Below the pieces are notes generated by a model, which saw only the letters and a list, made by a program, of their open reading frames with translations, did no database searches and had not been told where the DNA came from. Of a stretch of 64,000 nucleotides of DNA, positions 29,367-39,264 are shown piece by piece. The stretch is from Polyangiaceae bacterium (GTDB taxonomy: Bacteria; Myxococcota_A; Polyangia; Polyangiales; Polyangiaceae). The stretch lies in assembly GCA_016715885.1 (NCBI GenBank), contig JADJXL010000022.1, forward strand, positions 139,588-203,587, written 5' to 3'. The position numbers were made by a program, and so were the translations under genes. How positions within the stretch are numbered: the first letter of the stretch is position 1; the number at the start of each line of letters is the position of its first letter.

Positions 29367-30388
29367 CGACGCATCGCCTGCTCGACGTTCTCCGGACGCG
29401 TGGGCACGTTCTTCACGAGCTCTTCGACGACCTGATCGGTCGTGATTCCATCCGCTTCACCCTCGAACGAACGGATGAGCCGATGCCGCAGCACGGGCTT
29501 GGCCACGCGCTGCACGTCAGCAAACGACACGTGCGCTCGCCCTTCGAGCAAACTCACGGCCTTCGATGCCAACACGAGCGACTGTGCGCCACGCACGCCG
29601 GCTCCATAGCGAATCGCTCGACGCACGAGGTCCGGCGCGCCGCTCATCGATGGATCGCTCGCTCGCACGAGGCGCGATGCGAACCGCATGATGGGCTCTG
29701 CAACGGCGACGTCTCGACACGCCGATCGCAACTCGAGCACTTCGTCTCGATTGAGCACCGGGTTGGGCGCGTCTTTCGGCTGACCCGTCGTTCGCACGAG
29801 GATCTCGGTCATCTCGTCTTCGTCGGGACTCGGAACGATTACTTTGAGCAGAAAACGATCGAGCTGCGCTTCGGGCAAAGGGTACGTGCCCTCCATCTCG
29901 ATGGGATTTTCCGTCGCGAGCACGAAAAACGGCTGCTCCATTGCATGACGTACGCCACCGATGGTGCACGCGTGCTCTTGCATCGCTTCGAGCAGCGAGC
30001 TTTGCGTCTTCGGCGTCGCGCGGTTGATTTCGTCCGCGAGCACGATCTGTCCGAACACGGGCCCTTTGTGCAGCGCGAAGTGGCGACTTCCATCGGCTGC
30101 CGTCACCAGAATGTTCGTGCCCGTAACATCGCTCGGCATCAGATCCGGCGTGAACTGGATGCGCGAAAACTTCAGCTCCAGCGCGCTCGCAATCGTGCGC
30201 ACCAGCAGGGTTTTTCCCAGGCCCGGCGCACCCTCGAGCAGCACGTGGCCGCCCGACAGGATGCCCCAAAGCACCTGCTCGACGACCTCTTCTTGTCCCA
30301 CGATCACTTGCCCGATCGTTTCCTTGAGTCGATTGCTCGCCTCGCGCGCCCGATCGAGGCGCTTTTGAAAATCACCAGCGCTCGTCAT
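29363..30388 (-). CDS. MoxR-family AAA+ ATPase.
   Basis: Walker A is LLEGAPGLGKT. Walker B is VLADEINRATPKTQSSLLEAMQE. The length of about 340 aa is typical of MoxR proteins. Confidence 0.85.
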   Translation of the reverse strand: MTSAGDFQKRLDRAREASNRLKETIGQVIVGQEEVVEQVLWGILSGGHVLLEGAPGLGKTLLVRTIASALELKFSRIQFTPDLMPSDVTGTNILVTAADGSRHFALHKGPVFGQIVLADEINRATPKTQSSLLEAMQEHACTIGGVRHAMEQPFFVLATENPIEMEGTYPLPEAQLDRFLLKVIVPSPDEDEMTEILVRTTGQPKDAPNPVLNRDEVLELRSACRDVAVAEPIMRFASRLVRASDPSMSGAPDLVRRAIRYGAGVRGAQSLVLASKAVSLLEGRAHVSFADVQRVAKPVLRHRLIRSFEGEADGITTDQVVEELVKNVPTRPENVEQAMRR

Positions 30389-30453
30389 GTGAACCTGGAG
30401 CCTAGCCTTTCGTGGCCGTTCGATGTGGGGGTTTTCGAATCACGGCAAATCGC

Positions 30454-32265
30454 CTACTTCGGTTGGAAGTACCGACCCACCTGCTCGCGATACTCTTCCG
30501 GCACGTCGCTTCGTTCGACCGCGCCAAGCTCGGCAGGCGCCGCTTGTCCAAGTGCGCCCGTGCCTTGAATGTTCGCGGTTTCACCCGCTTTGCCCGTCGT
30601 TCGGCCGAGCGTCACGCCGGGCATCGACGGAGCCTTGTTGATCGGACCCGATGCGCGCGCCTTCACGCCCGGACCATCGACCACGCCGGTTTGTCCTTTG
30701 TGATCCCCAGGCCCGCCGCCTTCGCTGTGTCCGGCTTGCGGACTGCTGCCGTCTTTGCCCCCGTTTTTCCCTCCAGAACCAGGTTTGTCTCCTGGAACCG
30801 GCACAGGCATGGGCGCTCCTCCGAGCTGCCCTTCGCACTCACCCGCGCCTTCTTGCGCGTCGTCGAGCTTCTTCTGGCGCTGGCCTTCTTCCGAGCCTTC
30901 GCCTTGCTCCGCTTCGGCCATTCGTTTCAGCTGTTCCGCCAAGCGCTTTTGCCCTTCGGGCGATTCGAGCTCTTCGGCGAGCTCTTTCAACTGCTCCTTC
31001 GACGGCCCTTCACCCATGTCGCCTTCGCCCATTTGCTCGGCGCGCTTTTTCATGTTTTCCGCGAGCCGCTTGCGTTCTTCCGGCGTGAGTTTGCCCAGGG
31101 CCTCTTCCAATTTTTCAGCGAGCTTTTGTTGCTCTTTGGCGCCGCCCTTGCCGCCTTGAAAATCCTTCAGCGCTTGCTTCGCATCCTCGGGCAAACCTTC
31201 GCCGAGCGCTTTGCCGAGCTCGCTCAGCTTCTGGTTTTTCTTGGCCATCTCCTCCATGCGCTTGCGCTCTTCCTCGAGCGCTTTGGCGACGTCCGGAGCG
31301 TTGGCCTTGCGCGCAGCTTCCGCTGCTTCTTCCATCGTCTTCAGCGCCTTTTCGCGGTCTTCCTTCTCGAGCCGGTTGGCCAGCTTTTCCATCTCCTCGT
31401 CGAACGACACGAGGTCCCGGTCGCCGAGGGCTTTGGCCGCGTTTTTCAGGTCCGGGTTTTCCCCGAGCTTGCCCAGAGCCGATTCCAATCCCGCGCGCTG
31501 TTCACCATCGCCGAGTGACAACCGCTCGGCCGTGATGGCGTCTTTGAGCTTGGCGATCTCCGCTTGGGCCTCGCGTTTTTCCATGCCCTCACGGAGTTTG
31601 TCCCGGAGCTTTTTCGCTTCTTCGGCGAGTTTGTCGAGGCGCTTGCGTTGCGCTTCGTCGCGCGCGCTGGCGTTTGCCAAATCGATGATCTTGTCGAGCC
31701 CTTTGATCTCGGCGAGCTTCACCATGTCCGCACCCGGAGGCGGAGCGGGCGCTACTGGCGCGGGCGGAAGAGGCAACAAGCTCACGTAACCGATCGCGGC
31801 CAAACCGAGCGGAATGGCCAGATGCCAGGGGCGAAACCACGACACACGAGCTTCTTTTGGAGCCGCTTTCGACAGCACTTCGGCCGCATGCGTGATCACG
31901 ACGGCGCGTGCAGGATCGTCGCCATTCGACTCGCGACGTTGCAGATCCACCGCCGTTGCGATGCTTTCCTTGCCGTCGAGACGACCATCGAGGTACAGGG
32001 CGACTTCGTTGTCGCTCCAGCGCTTGCGACGCGCAATCAGCGCGCCCGCTGCAGCACCGAGCGCGCCGCCGGTCGCCATCCACGGGCGCAAGGCTCCGTG
32101 CCGAGTTTGCCATGCCGCAGCGGATGCAGCGGTGCCGAGCACGAGGCCCAGAGCTGCGCCAGTGAGCACTCGTTCGAGCGCGAGACGCCGACGAACCCGG
32201 CCTGCGTAGCGGCGAAAAACATCGCGAAAAGAGCTGTCTACGGACGACGAAGCGCGCTTTGCCAT
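30454..32265 (-). CDS. Membrane protein with N-terminal TM helices, a long Glu/Lys-rich low-complexity region (read as coiled coil from composition alone) and a Gly-rich C-terminal region.
   Basis: Hydrophobic helices lie near the N-terminus (VLTGAALGLVLGTAASAAAW). An extended KE-rich region has a composition typical of coiled coils. It is the first gene of the MoxR operon. Confidence 0.5.
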   Translation of the reverse strand: MAKRASSSVDSSFRDVFRRYAGRVRRRLALERVLTGAALGLVLGTAASAAAWQTRHGALRPWMATGGALGAAAGALIARRKRWSDNEVALYLDGRLDGKESIATAVDLQRRESNGDDPARAVVITHAAEVLSKAAPKEARVSWFRPWHLAIPLGLAAIGYVSLLPLPPAPVAPAPPPGADMVKLAEIKGLDKIIDLANASARDEAQRKRLDKLAEEAKKLRDKLREGMEKREAQAEIAKLKDAITAERLSLGDGEQRAGLESALGKLGENPDLKNAAKALGDRDLVSFDEEMEKLANRLEKEDREKALKTMEEAAEAARKANAPDVAKALEEERKRMEEMAKKNQKLSELGKALGEGLPEDAKQALKDFQGGKGGAKEQQKLAEKLEEALGKLTPEERKRLAENMKKRAEQMGEGDMGEGPSKEQLKELAEELESPEGQKRLAEQLKRMAEAEQGEGSEEGQRQKKLDDAQEGAGECEGQLGGAPMPVPVPGDKPGSGGKNGGKDGSSPQAGHSEGGGPGDHKGQTGVVDGPGVKARASGPINKAPSMPGVTLGRTTGKAGETANIQGTGALGQAAPAELGAVERSDVPEEYREQVGRYFQPK

Positions 32266-32422
32266 CGTGGTCTTCTTTGTACTCGGTGACCGCCCGGAGC
32301 GCTACCGGGTTGCCCTGGATCGAACAGCAATCTTTCAGCGGTCTCTGCACACCAAACGTTGCATCGAATCGGTCTTGTGCGTGGTAGGCTCGCGCGCAGC
32401 GTTCAAAGCGCCGGCTCATCGC

Positions 32423-35400
32423 ATGGATACTCACGTCGGTTTCCCCAGCCCCGTAGACGCCACCACCGAGCATGGCGTCGTGCTAGGGCGCCCGAACGAA
32501 TTCGTCGACGTTGCTTTGGCAGCAGGGCGGTACTTTCAAGATGCGCTGCCCATCGTGGGTCGGACCGAAGAGCTGCAAACGCTCGTGAACTTCATCGAAA
32601 CGCCCGGTACAGCGCGCGTCGTCGTCCTCGTGGGGCGAGCCGGATCGGGCAAGACGAGCCTCTTGGCAGCGCTCGCGGAGACGCTTTCGCAGCGCAATGT
32701 CACGCAAGCTGTGCGATTCGCGGCGGATGTCGCGTCCGTCGCAGCGCAGCATGCACCGCGGTTGCCCAAAGGTCCGAGCGTCATCGTCATCGACGATGCG
32801 CACCGAAAGCCATGCACGGCGGCGCTTTTGCACGCTGCGCAGCACCGTCCGGAAGTAGCGTTTGTCTTGACCACCCGCCCCGGCGGTTTGTCGCGGCTCG
32901 TGGCACTTTGTGCAGAGCGCGGACTTTCCGAAGCTGATATTCGCGTACTGCCCGAGATTGGGCCGCTATCGACGGATGACGCCGAACGTTCCGCCCGTCA
33001 CGTGCTCGATGAAGAATTCGGCGCTCATGCAAAACAGCTTGCGACCATTTCTGCAGGCCACCCGCAACTCGTGTCGATTGCCGGGCGCCTCGTGCGTGAA
33101 AAAGCGCTTCATCCCGTGGCGCTCGAGCAGCCCGCGGATTTCGGCGCTCGAGTGCTGGCGCGAGGTTATGAAACGCTGCTCATGCGTGCCTCGGTGACGC
33201 CTGATCAAAAGCTTTTTGGTGGCGTGCTCGGTCAAGTCACCGATATGCTCGGGATCGTTGCTGCCCTTGCGCCCGTGCGTACGTCGGACGAACGGTTTTT
33301 GCAGGGCGCGGGCGAGCTTTTGGGATGCCGTCGTCGCGATTTGGTATCGGCATTGCGCGCATTGGAAACGACAGGCATCATCGAGCGTTCGGCGCCGGGG
33401 GCGCGTGTCGTGCCAACGGCGCTTGCCGATCATGCATTGCTCCGACTTTTAACGGCTCCCTTGCCGCTTCCCGGGACATTGGCCGAGCGAGTGAGCGTCA
33501 TCGTTCGGCATTTTGGCATTCACGCGCTCGTGCCTCTGTTCCGTAACCTCGGCGAAATGGATGGCCCCTCGATTCCGCCCGGGAGCGCGTCCAAGTTTGT
33601 CGCGGAACTTTTCGAGTATTGCCGTGACGCACTCGATGTCGCATCGACCATGGATCGTTGCCGGCTTCTTTCATCCTTGCGTGAAGTTTGTATTGATGAA
33701 CCCGCCGGAATGCTCGAATTGGTCGAATTTGCGCTACAATTGCCACCGCTCACCGATACCGCGCCGAAGTCCCGCGTGCTTTTGTCGGAAACGAGCGTGA
33801 CGAACGAGTTGTCGCCGATATTGCAGCGAATTGCATTGCATCGGCAACATCTGCCCGAGGCGGTCGATTCGCTGTGGGCGCTCGGTCGCGACGATGTGCG
33901 GCTGCAAAGCCCGCATCCGGATCACCCCATGCGCGTGCTACGTGAATTCGCGTCACGAGCGCATACGTTGCCCGTCGGGTTTCACGAGGCGCTGCTCGAT
34001 GCCGTCGAAAGGTGGCAAATGGTGCCCCATGCCCACGATCACCAGCATTCGCCGCTCGATGTGATCGACACGTTTCTCGCCGAATCGGATGCGCCCATCA
34101 GCGACGACGCATTGGCGAGCAGGCAGCGCAGGCTCCGCACGCGAGCGCTCGAATCGCTTGCGCGTGCAGCGGGATCATCCAATCGGCGAGCGGCTCTTGC
34201 AGGCGTGCGAGGTCTCGAAGGCGTGCTCACCGATATGGCGACGCATTCGTCTGCGGGGTTTCCCGAGGCGGATTGGCGCGACGGCGAGCGGCTCGAAGTG
34301 ATTGAAATGCTTCGCAAAACCGCGACGAGTGCCGCCGATCCGGTGGTTCATTTCGCCGTTGCGGACGTACTCCGGTGGGCCGCGCACCGAACGCCGAATG
34401 ATACCATTTGCATTGCTGCGGAACTGGCGCTCGCTGACGTGCCGGATTCATCGGAACGCCGGCTGTACGAAGCGCTGACGCAAAGGCCGCCCGCACAACG
34501 CGCCGGACTCGACCTCGATGCGCCGCCGTCGTCGAGGCTTTTGCCCGAAACGAGGAACAACGAGCCTCGCGGGGCCGAAACTGCGCGAATCGTCATTGAT
34601 GAATGGATGGCCAAGGGGCCATTGCCCGCGGCATTCGTTCAACAAACGGCCGAAGCGCTGGATACGCTCTCTCTTGCGGGCAAATCGGGTTCACCTCGCG
34701 TGCTTTTGCAGGTGCTTTCTCTGAAGCATCCGGAAGCTGCTGCGAAAGCGTGCGAGGTCATCATGCAATCGCCCGATGGGCCTCTCGGGCCGCATGTTGC
34801 CGCGCTCCTGCACACATTGCGAGAATCGGCTCCCGAGCGGGCGGCCGGCCTCGTGCAGAATATCGTGACCGGCAGTAATGCGACGCTTTGTGCATCCCTT
34901 GCGCAGGCATTTCCTCGCTGGGTCGATAAACCTCGAAATGGTGACCGCGAAGCATTACGCGCGCTCCTTGGGCATCCGGATGGCTTCGTGCGTCGAGCTG
35001 CGCTTGGCGTATTGCGTACGCTTGCAAAGACGGCGCCGCACGATGCCGTGGCATTGGCGGTCGAGGTCGATCTTTCCGAGGGGGCCGAGGCTGTCGAAAC
35101 GCTTTTTGGGGCGCTCGATGGCGGAAAACTTTTCGTCGGCGATGCTCTTTCCGTGGAAGAAATCGTGGCATTTCTGTCGCGTCTTTCCGCTGCGACGAAC
35201 CTGGAAGGGCACTCCACGATTCGTTTTTTGCACTTTGCGGGAAAACGTTTGCCCGAAGAAACCGCACTCTTGCTCATCGAGCGTATCGAGCGGCTCGTGG
35301 GGCCAGGCGTTTTGGCCATCGAGAACTTCGTGGCGCTTCCATCCGAAGGGCTGGGATCGATTTTGGCCCGTCTTCCCGAATCGCCCGAGTGGGTCGCCAT

Positions 35401-35890
35401 TTTGCGGCGTATTCGTCAGCTCGCCCGGTCACGTTCGAATGTGGTGCGGACGCAAGCGGCCCGGCTTTTTCAGGCGGCATCGAAGAATTATTCGCCCGTC
35501 GCCATGGACGTATTGTCGGAATGGCTCGAAGCTGCGCGCGCCGAAGAGCTCGAGGCGGTGTCGGCGCTGCTCGAAGAAGCTCCCGCGTCGCTACTTTTCT
35601 CGCACGTGAATCTCGTGGCGACACTCTTGCGAAATAGCCACGCATTGGGAGGCGCTCTTTTCGATACCGTGCAAAATGCACTCTTGCCCGTTGCGATGGG
35701 GCAGGGGCGAATGCGTGGGAACGGGCCCCAAATGACCGATGCAGCGCTTCGCACGCAAGCGCGTGAGGCCGCGGCAAAACTCGCACCCCGTTCGCCCGAA
35801 CGCCGATTTTTCGAGGCCATCGTGAAACACACCGAAACGCTCATCGCCGAGGAAACTGCGGCCGAGCACGACGACCTCTTCGACCTGTAA
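32423..35890 (+). CDS. STAND-type P-loop NTPase fused to HEAT/ARM-like repeats.
   Basis: Walker A is VVVLVGRAGSGKTSLL. Walker B is VIVIDDAHR. The C-terminal two-thirds is a helical repeat region with HEAT-like units (GHPDGFVRRAALGVLRTLA). The start is placed at the ATG at 32423. Confidence 0.6.
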   Translation: MDTHVGFPSPVDATTEHGVVLGRPNEFVDVALAAGRYFQDALPIVGRTEELQTLVNFIETPGTARVVVLVGRAGSGKTSLLAALAETLSQRNVTQAVRFAADVASVAAQHAPRLPKGPSVIVIDDAHRKPCTAALLHAAQHRPEVAFVLTTRPGGLSRLVALCAERGLSEADIRVLPEIGPLSTDDAERSARHVLDEEFGAHAKQLATISAGHPQLVSIAGRLVREKALHPVALEQPADFGARVLARGYETLLMRASVTPDQKLFGGVLGQVTDMLGIVAALAPVRTSDERFLQGAGELLGCRRRDLVSALRALETTGIIERSAPGARVVPTALADHALLRLLTAPLPLPGTLAERVSVIVRHFGIHALVPLFRNLGEMDGPSIPPGSASKFVAELFEYCRDALDVASTMDRCRLLSSLREVCIDEPAGMLELVEFALQLPPLTDTAPKSRVLLSETSVTNELSPILQRIALHRQHLPEAVDSLWALGRDDVRLQSPHPDHPMRVLREFASRAHTLPVGFHEALLDAVERWQMVPHAHDHQHSPLDVIDTFLAESDAPISDDALASRQRRLRTRALESLARAAGSSNRRAALAGVRGLEGVLTDMATHSSAGFPEADWRDGERLEVIEMLRKTATSAADPVVHFAVADVLRWAAHRTPNDTICIAAELALADVPDSSERRLYEALTQRPPAQRAGLDLDAPPSSRLLPETRNNEPRGAETARIVIDEWMAKGPLPAAFVQQTAEALDTLSLAGKSGSPRVLLQVLSLKHPEAAAKACEVIMQSPDGPLGPHVAALLHTLRESAPERAAGLVQNIVTGSNATLCASLAQAFPRWVDKPRNGDREALRALLGHPDGFVRRAALGVLRTLAKTAPHDAVALAVEVDLSEGAEAVETLFGALDGGKLFVGDALSVEEIVAFLSRLSAATNLEGHSTIRFLHFAGKRLPEETALLLIERIERLVGPGVLAIENFVALPSEGLGSILARLPESPEWVAILRRIRQLARSRSNVVRTQAARLFQAASKNYSPVAMDVLSEWLEAARAEELEAVSALLEEAPASLLFSHVNLVATLLRNSHALGGALFDTVQNALLPVAMGQGRMRGNGPQMTDAALRTQAREAAAKLAPRSPERRFFEAIVKHTETLIAEETAAEHDDLFDL

Positions 35891-35995
35891 AACACCGAGC
35901 AAGGTCGGGCGTCATCACCACGGCTGACTTCGCCGCGTTGCGTCACTTTCTTTTTTGAAACGGAATGGTGTTGCCTGTCTGCATTTCGTGGTAAT

Positions 35996-37360
35996 GTGCC
36001 GACCCCCATGCGGAAAACGAGCCTCGATACGGTACTTCGCCTCAAATCCAAGCATCGCGTGGGCCAGCTTGCCCGGCTGGCGACCGCCATTGCGGAACAA
36101 GGTGGGCTTCTTGGTGACATCACCACATTGCGTGGCGGCGAGACCGACTCACTGCGCGAAGTCACCATCGAAACGGACGATGAAGAGCATCGCGATCGAG
36201 TGATCGAGGCCGTACGCAAGGTCGACGGGGTCGAAGTGCTCGACACGATCGATCGCGTTTTCGATCTGCACCGTGGTGGCAAGCTTCATTCGACGAGCCG
36301 CATCGAGCTGCGTCATCAGCGGGATCTGCGATACATCTATACGCCAGGGGTTGCGCGTGTGGCGCGGGCGATTGAGCGCGAGCCCGAGCGAGCGCGACAT
36401 TTGACGACAATTGGTAATTCGGTTGGTATTTTTACAAATGGCACGCGCGTCTTGGGGTTGGGCAACGTGGGCCCGCTTGCCTCGTTGCCGGTCATGGAAG
36501 GCAAGGCCGTTCTTTATGACAAGTTCGTGGGAATCAGCGCCACGCCGATTCTCGTCGATACGCTCGATGTAAACGAGTTTGTCGAAACGGTATCGCGTTT
36601 GTCGCTCACGTTTGGTGGGATTCATCTCGAGGACATTCGCATTCCGGATTGTTATCGCATCGAGGAAGCGCTCATCGATCGGTTGGAGAAGCCGGTCATG
36701 CATGACGATCAGCATGGAACGGCGACGGTAGCGCTCGCGGCGCTTCTCAATGCGTGCAAAATGACGGGCGTTGCGATCGAAAAGGCGCGCGTTGGTCAGA
36801 TTGGGCTCGGCGCGGCGGGAAGCGCAATTGCGCGGCTCATGATGACGTACGGAGCGCGGGATGTGCTCGTATGCGACAAGTCCGAAGAATCGATGCAATG
36901 GCTGGCGAAGTTTGGAGCGCGCCCCGTGGACCTCGTGACGCTGATGCGCGAAGCGGATATCGTCATTGCTGCGACGGGCAGACCGGGGCTCATCGATCCG
37001 AAGTTGATTCGCCCGGGGCAGGTCATTTTTCCCCTTTCGAATCCGGATCCGGAGATCGAGCCTGCGGATGCAATGGCAGCCGGTGCGGCATTCTGCTCGG
37101 ATGGTCGCAGCATCAACAATGCTCTTGCATTTCCGGGGCTTTTCCGCGCGGCGCTTGCCGTCGAAAGCCGAGCGATCACGCCGGGTATGCGCATTGCCGC
37201 GGCGCGTGCCATTGCGTCGTGTGCCGAGCCGGGCGAAGTGGTGCCTTCGCCGCTATTGCGCAACGTGCACGAAGCGGTCGTTGCGGCCGTGAGCGAAGCG
37301 GCTCGTGCCGAGGGACTCGAATCGACGGCGCGCCTCACGCGTAGCCGCCCGTCCGTTTGA
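35996..37360 (+). CDS. NAD(P)-dependent malic enzyme with an N-terminal ACT domain.
   Basis: An ACT-like N-terminus is followed by conserved malic-enzyme motifs (IYTPGVA, GLGNVGPLASLPVMEGKAVLY, VMHDDQHGTA, GLGAAGSA, SNPDPEI). The start may be the GTG at 35996 or the ATG at 36008. Confidence 0.85.
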   Translation: MPTPMRKTSLDTVLRLKSKHRVGQLARLATAIAEQGGLLGDITTLRGGETDSLREVTIETDDEEHRDRVIEAVRKVDGVEVLDTIDRVFDLHRGGKLHSTSRIELRHQRDLRYIYTPGVARVARAIEREPERARHLTTIGNSVGIFTNGTRVLGLGNVGPLASLPVMEGKAVLYDKFVGISATPILVDTLDVNEFVETVSRLSLTFGGIHLEDIRIPDCYRIEEALIDRLEKPVMHDDQHGTATVALAALLNACKMTGVAIEKARVGQIGLGAAGSAIARLMMTYGARDVLVCDKSEESMQWLAKFGARPVDLVTLMREADIVIAATGRPGLIDPKLIRPGQVIFPLSNPDPEIEPADAMAAGAAFCSDGRSINNALAFPGLFRAALAVESRAITPGMRIAAARAIASCAEPGEVVPSPLLRNVHEAVVAAVSEAARAEGLESTARLTRSRPSV

Positions 37361-37378
37361 TTCGTTTTCGAGGAACGC

Positions 37379-37777
37379 ATGGCGGCCATCGAGGTTTTTC
37401 GTAGCGAGTATACGACGATCTCCATGGATCCGAGAGGGCCACTCGTTCGAATGGTTCGATCGGACCTACAATTCCAATCCCTCGACGCGCTCGAGCGATG
37501 CGTCGCAGAGATGATTCGCACGCTCGACTCCATTGGTCGAGATGGCCGCGTGTTGTTCAGTGATTTGCGCGCGGTTCAAGGAAGGAACGATCCCGCGTTC
37601 GAGGAGCGCATGGCCAAACTGCGTCCTCGGCTCTACGAAGGGTTTGTCCGCGTTGGTATTCTCGTGAGAAGCTCGGTGGGGGCGCTGCAAATCAGGCGAT
37701 TGGTCATGCAAGACGGAAGGGCGTGCATGGTCATGACGGACGAGGCGGCGCTGCTCGAGTATTTGTTATACGGGTGA
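37379..37777 (+). CDS. Hypothetical protein (132 aa).
   Basis: The ORF has typical high-GC codon usage. I recognised no motif. Confidence 0.4.
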   Translation: MAAIEVFRSEYTTISMDPRGPLVRMVRSDLQFQSLDALERCVAEMIRTLDSIGRDGRVLFSDLRAVQGRNDPAFEERMAKLRPRLYEGFVRVGILVRSSVGALQIRRLVMQDGRACMVMTDEAALLEYLLYG

Positions 37778-37790
37778 TATACCGGCCTTA

Positions 37791-38291
37791 TCAAGGATCG
37801 CTTTCACTCGTCACCGCCACGACCACAATGGAATGCGGCTGCACTTTGTAAAGCAATCGCCGCGCGTCTATCCGAAGCTGCATGTGATCGTCTTTGCGAC
37901 GATGTAATGCGGACGACCCGCGTGGTGCTGGATCGAACGCCAATGCGTCGATTTCGAGCGCAATCTCTTCACGCGTCGCAGCATCGAGCTTGTCGAGGTC
38001 TCGTTCGGCTCGCTCGAGCATCCACATTTCACGCACGTCGCGCCCTCGTGCCCGCCGACTTGCCCGAGCGGTTTCCCCGCGCCACGGACGAGGCGGTCGC
38101 GTGCCTTGTTCGGCCCATGCCGCAGCCACGGCTTCTTCATCGATGCGTAGCTCCAGCTCTTCGGCGACGCGGGACATCAGATCGGCGGGCAGAAGCTCTT
38201 CGCCTCGAGACATGCGCGTTGCGAGCGCCTGCAAGATGCGCGTCTGTCGCACTCGAACATCCGCTTCCGTTTCGAGCGACGGGGTGTTCAT
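37791..38291 (-). CDS. RelE/ParE-family toxin-like domain (C-terminal about 78 aa from the ATG at 38027), fused in frame to an N-terminal antitoxin-like segment of about 88 aa.
   Basis: The C-terminal half (MWMLERAERDLDKLDAATREEIALEIDALAFDPAPRGSSALHRRKDDHMQLRIDARRLLYKVQPHSIVVVAVTSE) aligns with the RelE/ParE consensus. The upstream segment has no intervening stop codon. Confidence 0.5.
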   Translation of the reverse strand: MNTPSLETEADVRVRQTRILQALATRMSRGEELLPADLMSRVAEELELRIDEEAVAAAWAEQGTRPPRPWRGETARASRRARGRDVREMWMLERAERDLDKLDAATREEIALEIDALAFDPAPRGSSALHRRKDDHMQLRIDARRLLYKVQPHSIVVVAVTSESDP

Positions 38292-38337
38292 CGACGCGAT
38301 GATAGCAGATGTCGTTCACCGTTTGGCGCGCCGATGG

Positions 38338-39183
38338 ATGCCAAAAAATTTACTTTGGATCAGTCGGCGTGTTACGCTTCTTTTCGTGCGTATTTCATGG
38401 GTACTCCTCACGGTGGGGGCGCTTTTCGTGCGCCCGGCGCTCGTATTGGCCGATCCGTCCGTCGCCGAAGCTACGACGACGCCAAACGACGTGAAAGCGG
38501 AACGAAGGTGGTGTGCTCCGGAGCTTTTGACGCTACCAAACGAGGTATGTGCGTTTATACCGGACCAACCTTCGGCGGGTCCGCGGACGCTGATCATTCA
38601 TTTGCATGGCGTGATCCAGCCGGACACGACATCGCAGTGGAATCAGCAGCGAATGGCGGCCAAAGCGGGTGCCGCCTACGGGTTTACGGTGATCATGCCG
38701 CGCGGTCGAAAAGGCATTGGGCCGACGGGGACCGAGCATTGGTGGGCATGGCCGACGAACATGGATACTCGTGCCAAGTTTGAAAAGGCGTTGATAGCCG
38801 AATGGATGACGGCCAAAGGCGCGCTCGAACAAAAGTTCGGTGCGCCCTTCGAAAGGACGTACGTATTCGGGTTTTCGAATGGCGCCTATTACGCGACGTC
38901 GCTCGCGATGCGCGGGCGGATCGACGTGAATGGGTATGCGTTGTTTGCCGGCGGGTCGGGTGCGCCGTATCACGAATACGAGGGGAAAAAGACGAAGAAC
39001 AGGGTGCCCATTGCGGTGGCCTGGGGTGCGAGGGATCCATCGCATGACAAGCAGGAGGAATTGGTGAAGCTGCTTCAGCGCATGCGCTGGCCGTCGATAT
39101 CGCTGGGGCACGCGTATACGGGGCATACGATGACGGACATTCAGGTGGCCGAGGCCGTGGGGTACTTGGGGGCGAAGCAGTGA
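38338..39183 (+). CDS. Secreted alpha/beta-hydrolase (esterase or depolymerase-like).
   Basis: A signal peptide is followed by the GxSxG nucleophile elbow (GFSNGA). The start may instead be the ATG at 38299. Confidence 0.6.
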   Translation: MPKNLLWISRRVTLLFVRISWVLLTVGALFVRPALVLADPSVAEATTTPNDVKAERRWCAPELLTLPNEVCAFIPDQPSAGPRTLIIHLHGVIQPDTTSQWNQQRMAAKAGAAYGFTVIMPRGRKGIGPTGTEHWWAWPTNMDTRAKFEKALIAEWMTAKGALEQKFGAPFERTYVFGFSNGAYYATSLAMRGRIDVNGYALFAGGSGAPYHEYEGKKTKNRVPIAVAWGARDPSHDKQEELVKLLQRMRWPSISLGHAYTGHTMTDIQVAEAVGYLGAKQ

Positions 39184-39264
39184 GCACAAAGTTCTCGGAA
39201 TCAGCCTTATCCGATTTCTGAGAACACATTTTTACCCTCCCGCCCCTTCGCGTGTCTCACCCTC

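Noticed and set aside
35955-35997. A possible sigma-70 promoter (TTGCCT ... TAATGT) upstream of the malic enzyme gene.
   Set aside because: The spacing is about 15 nt, and myxobacterial promoter consensus is poorly defined. It is too weak to call as a feature.
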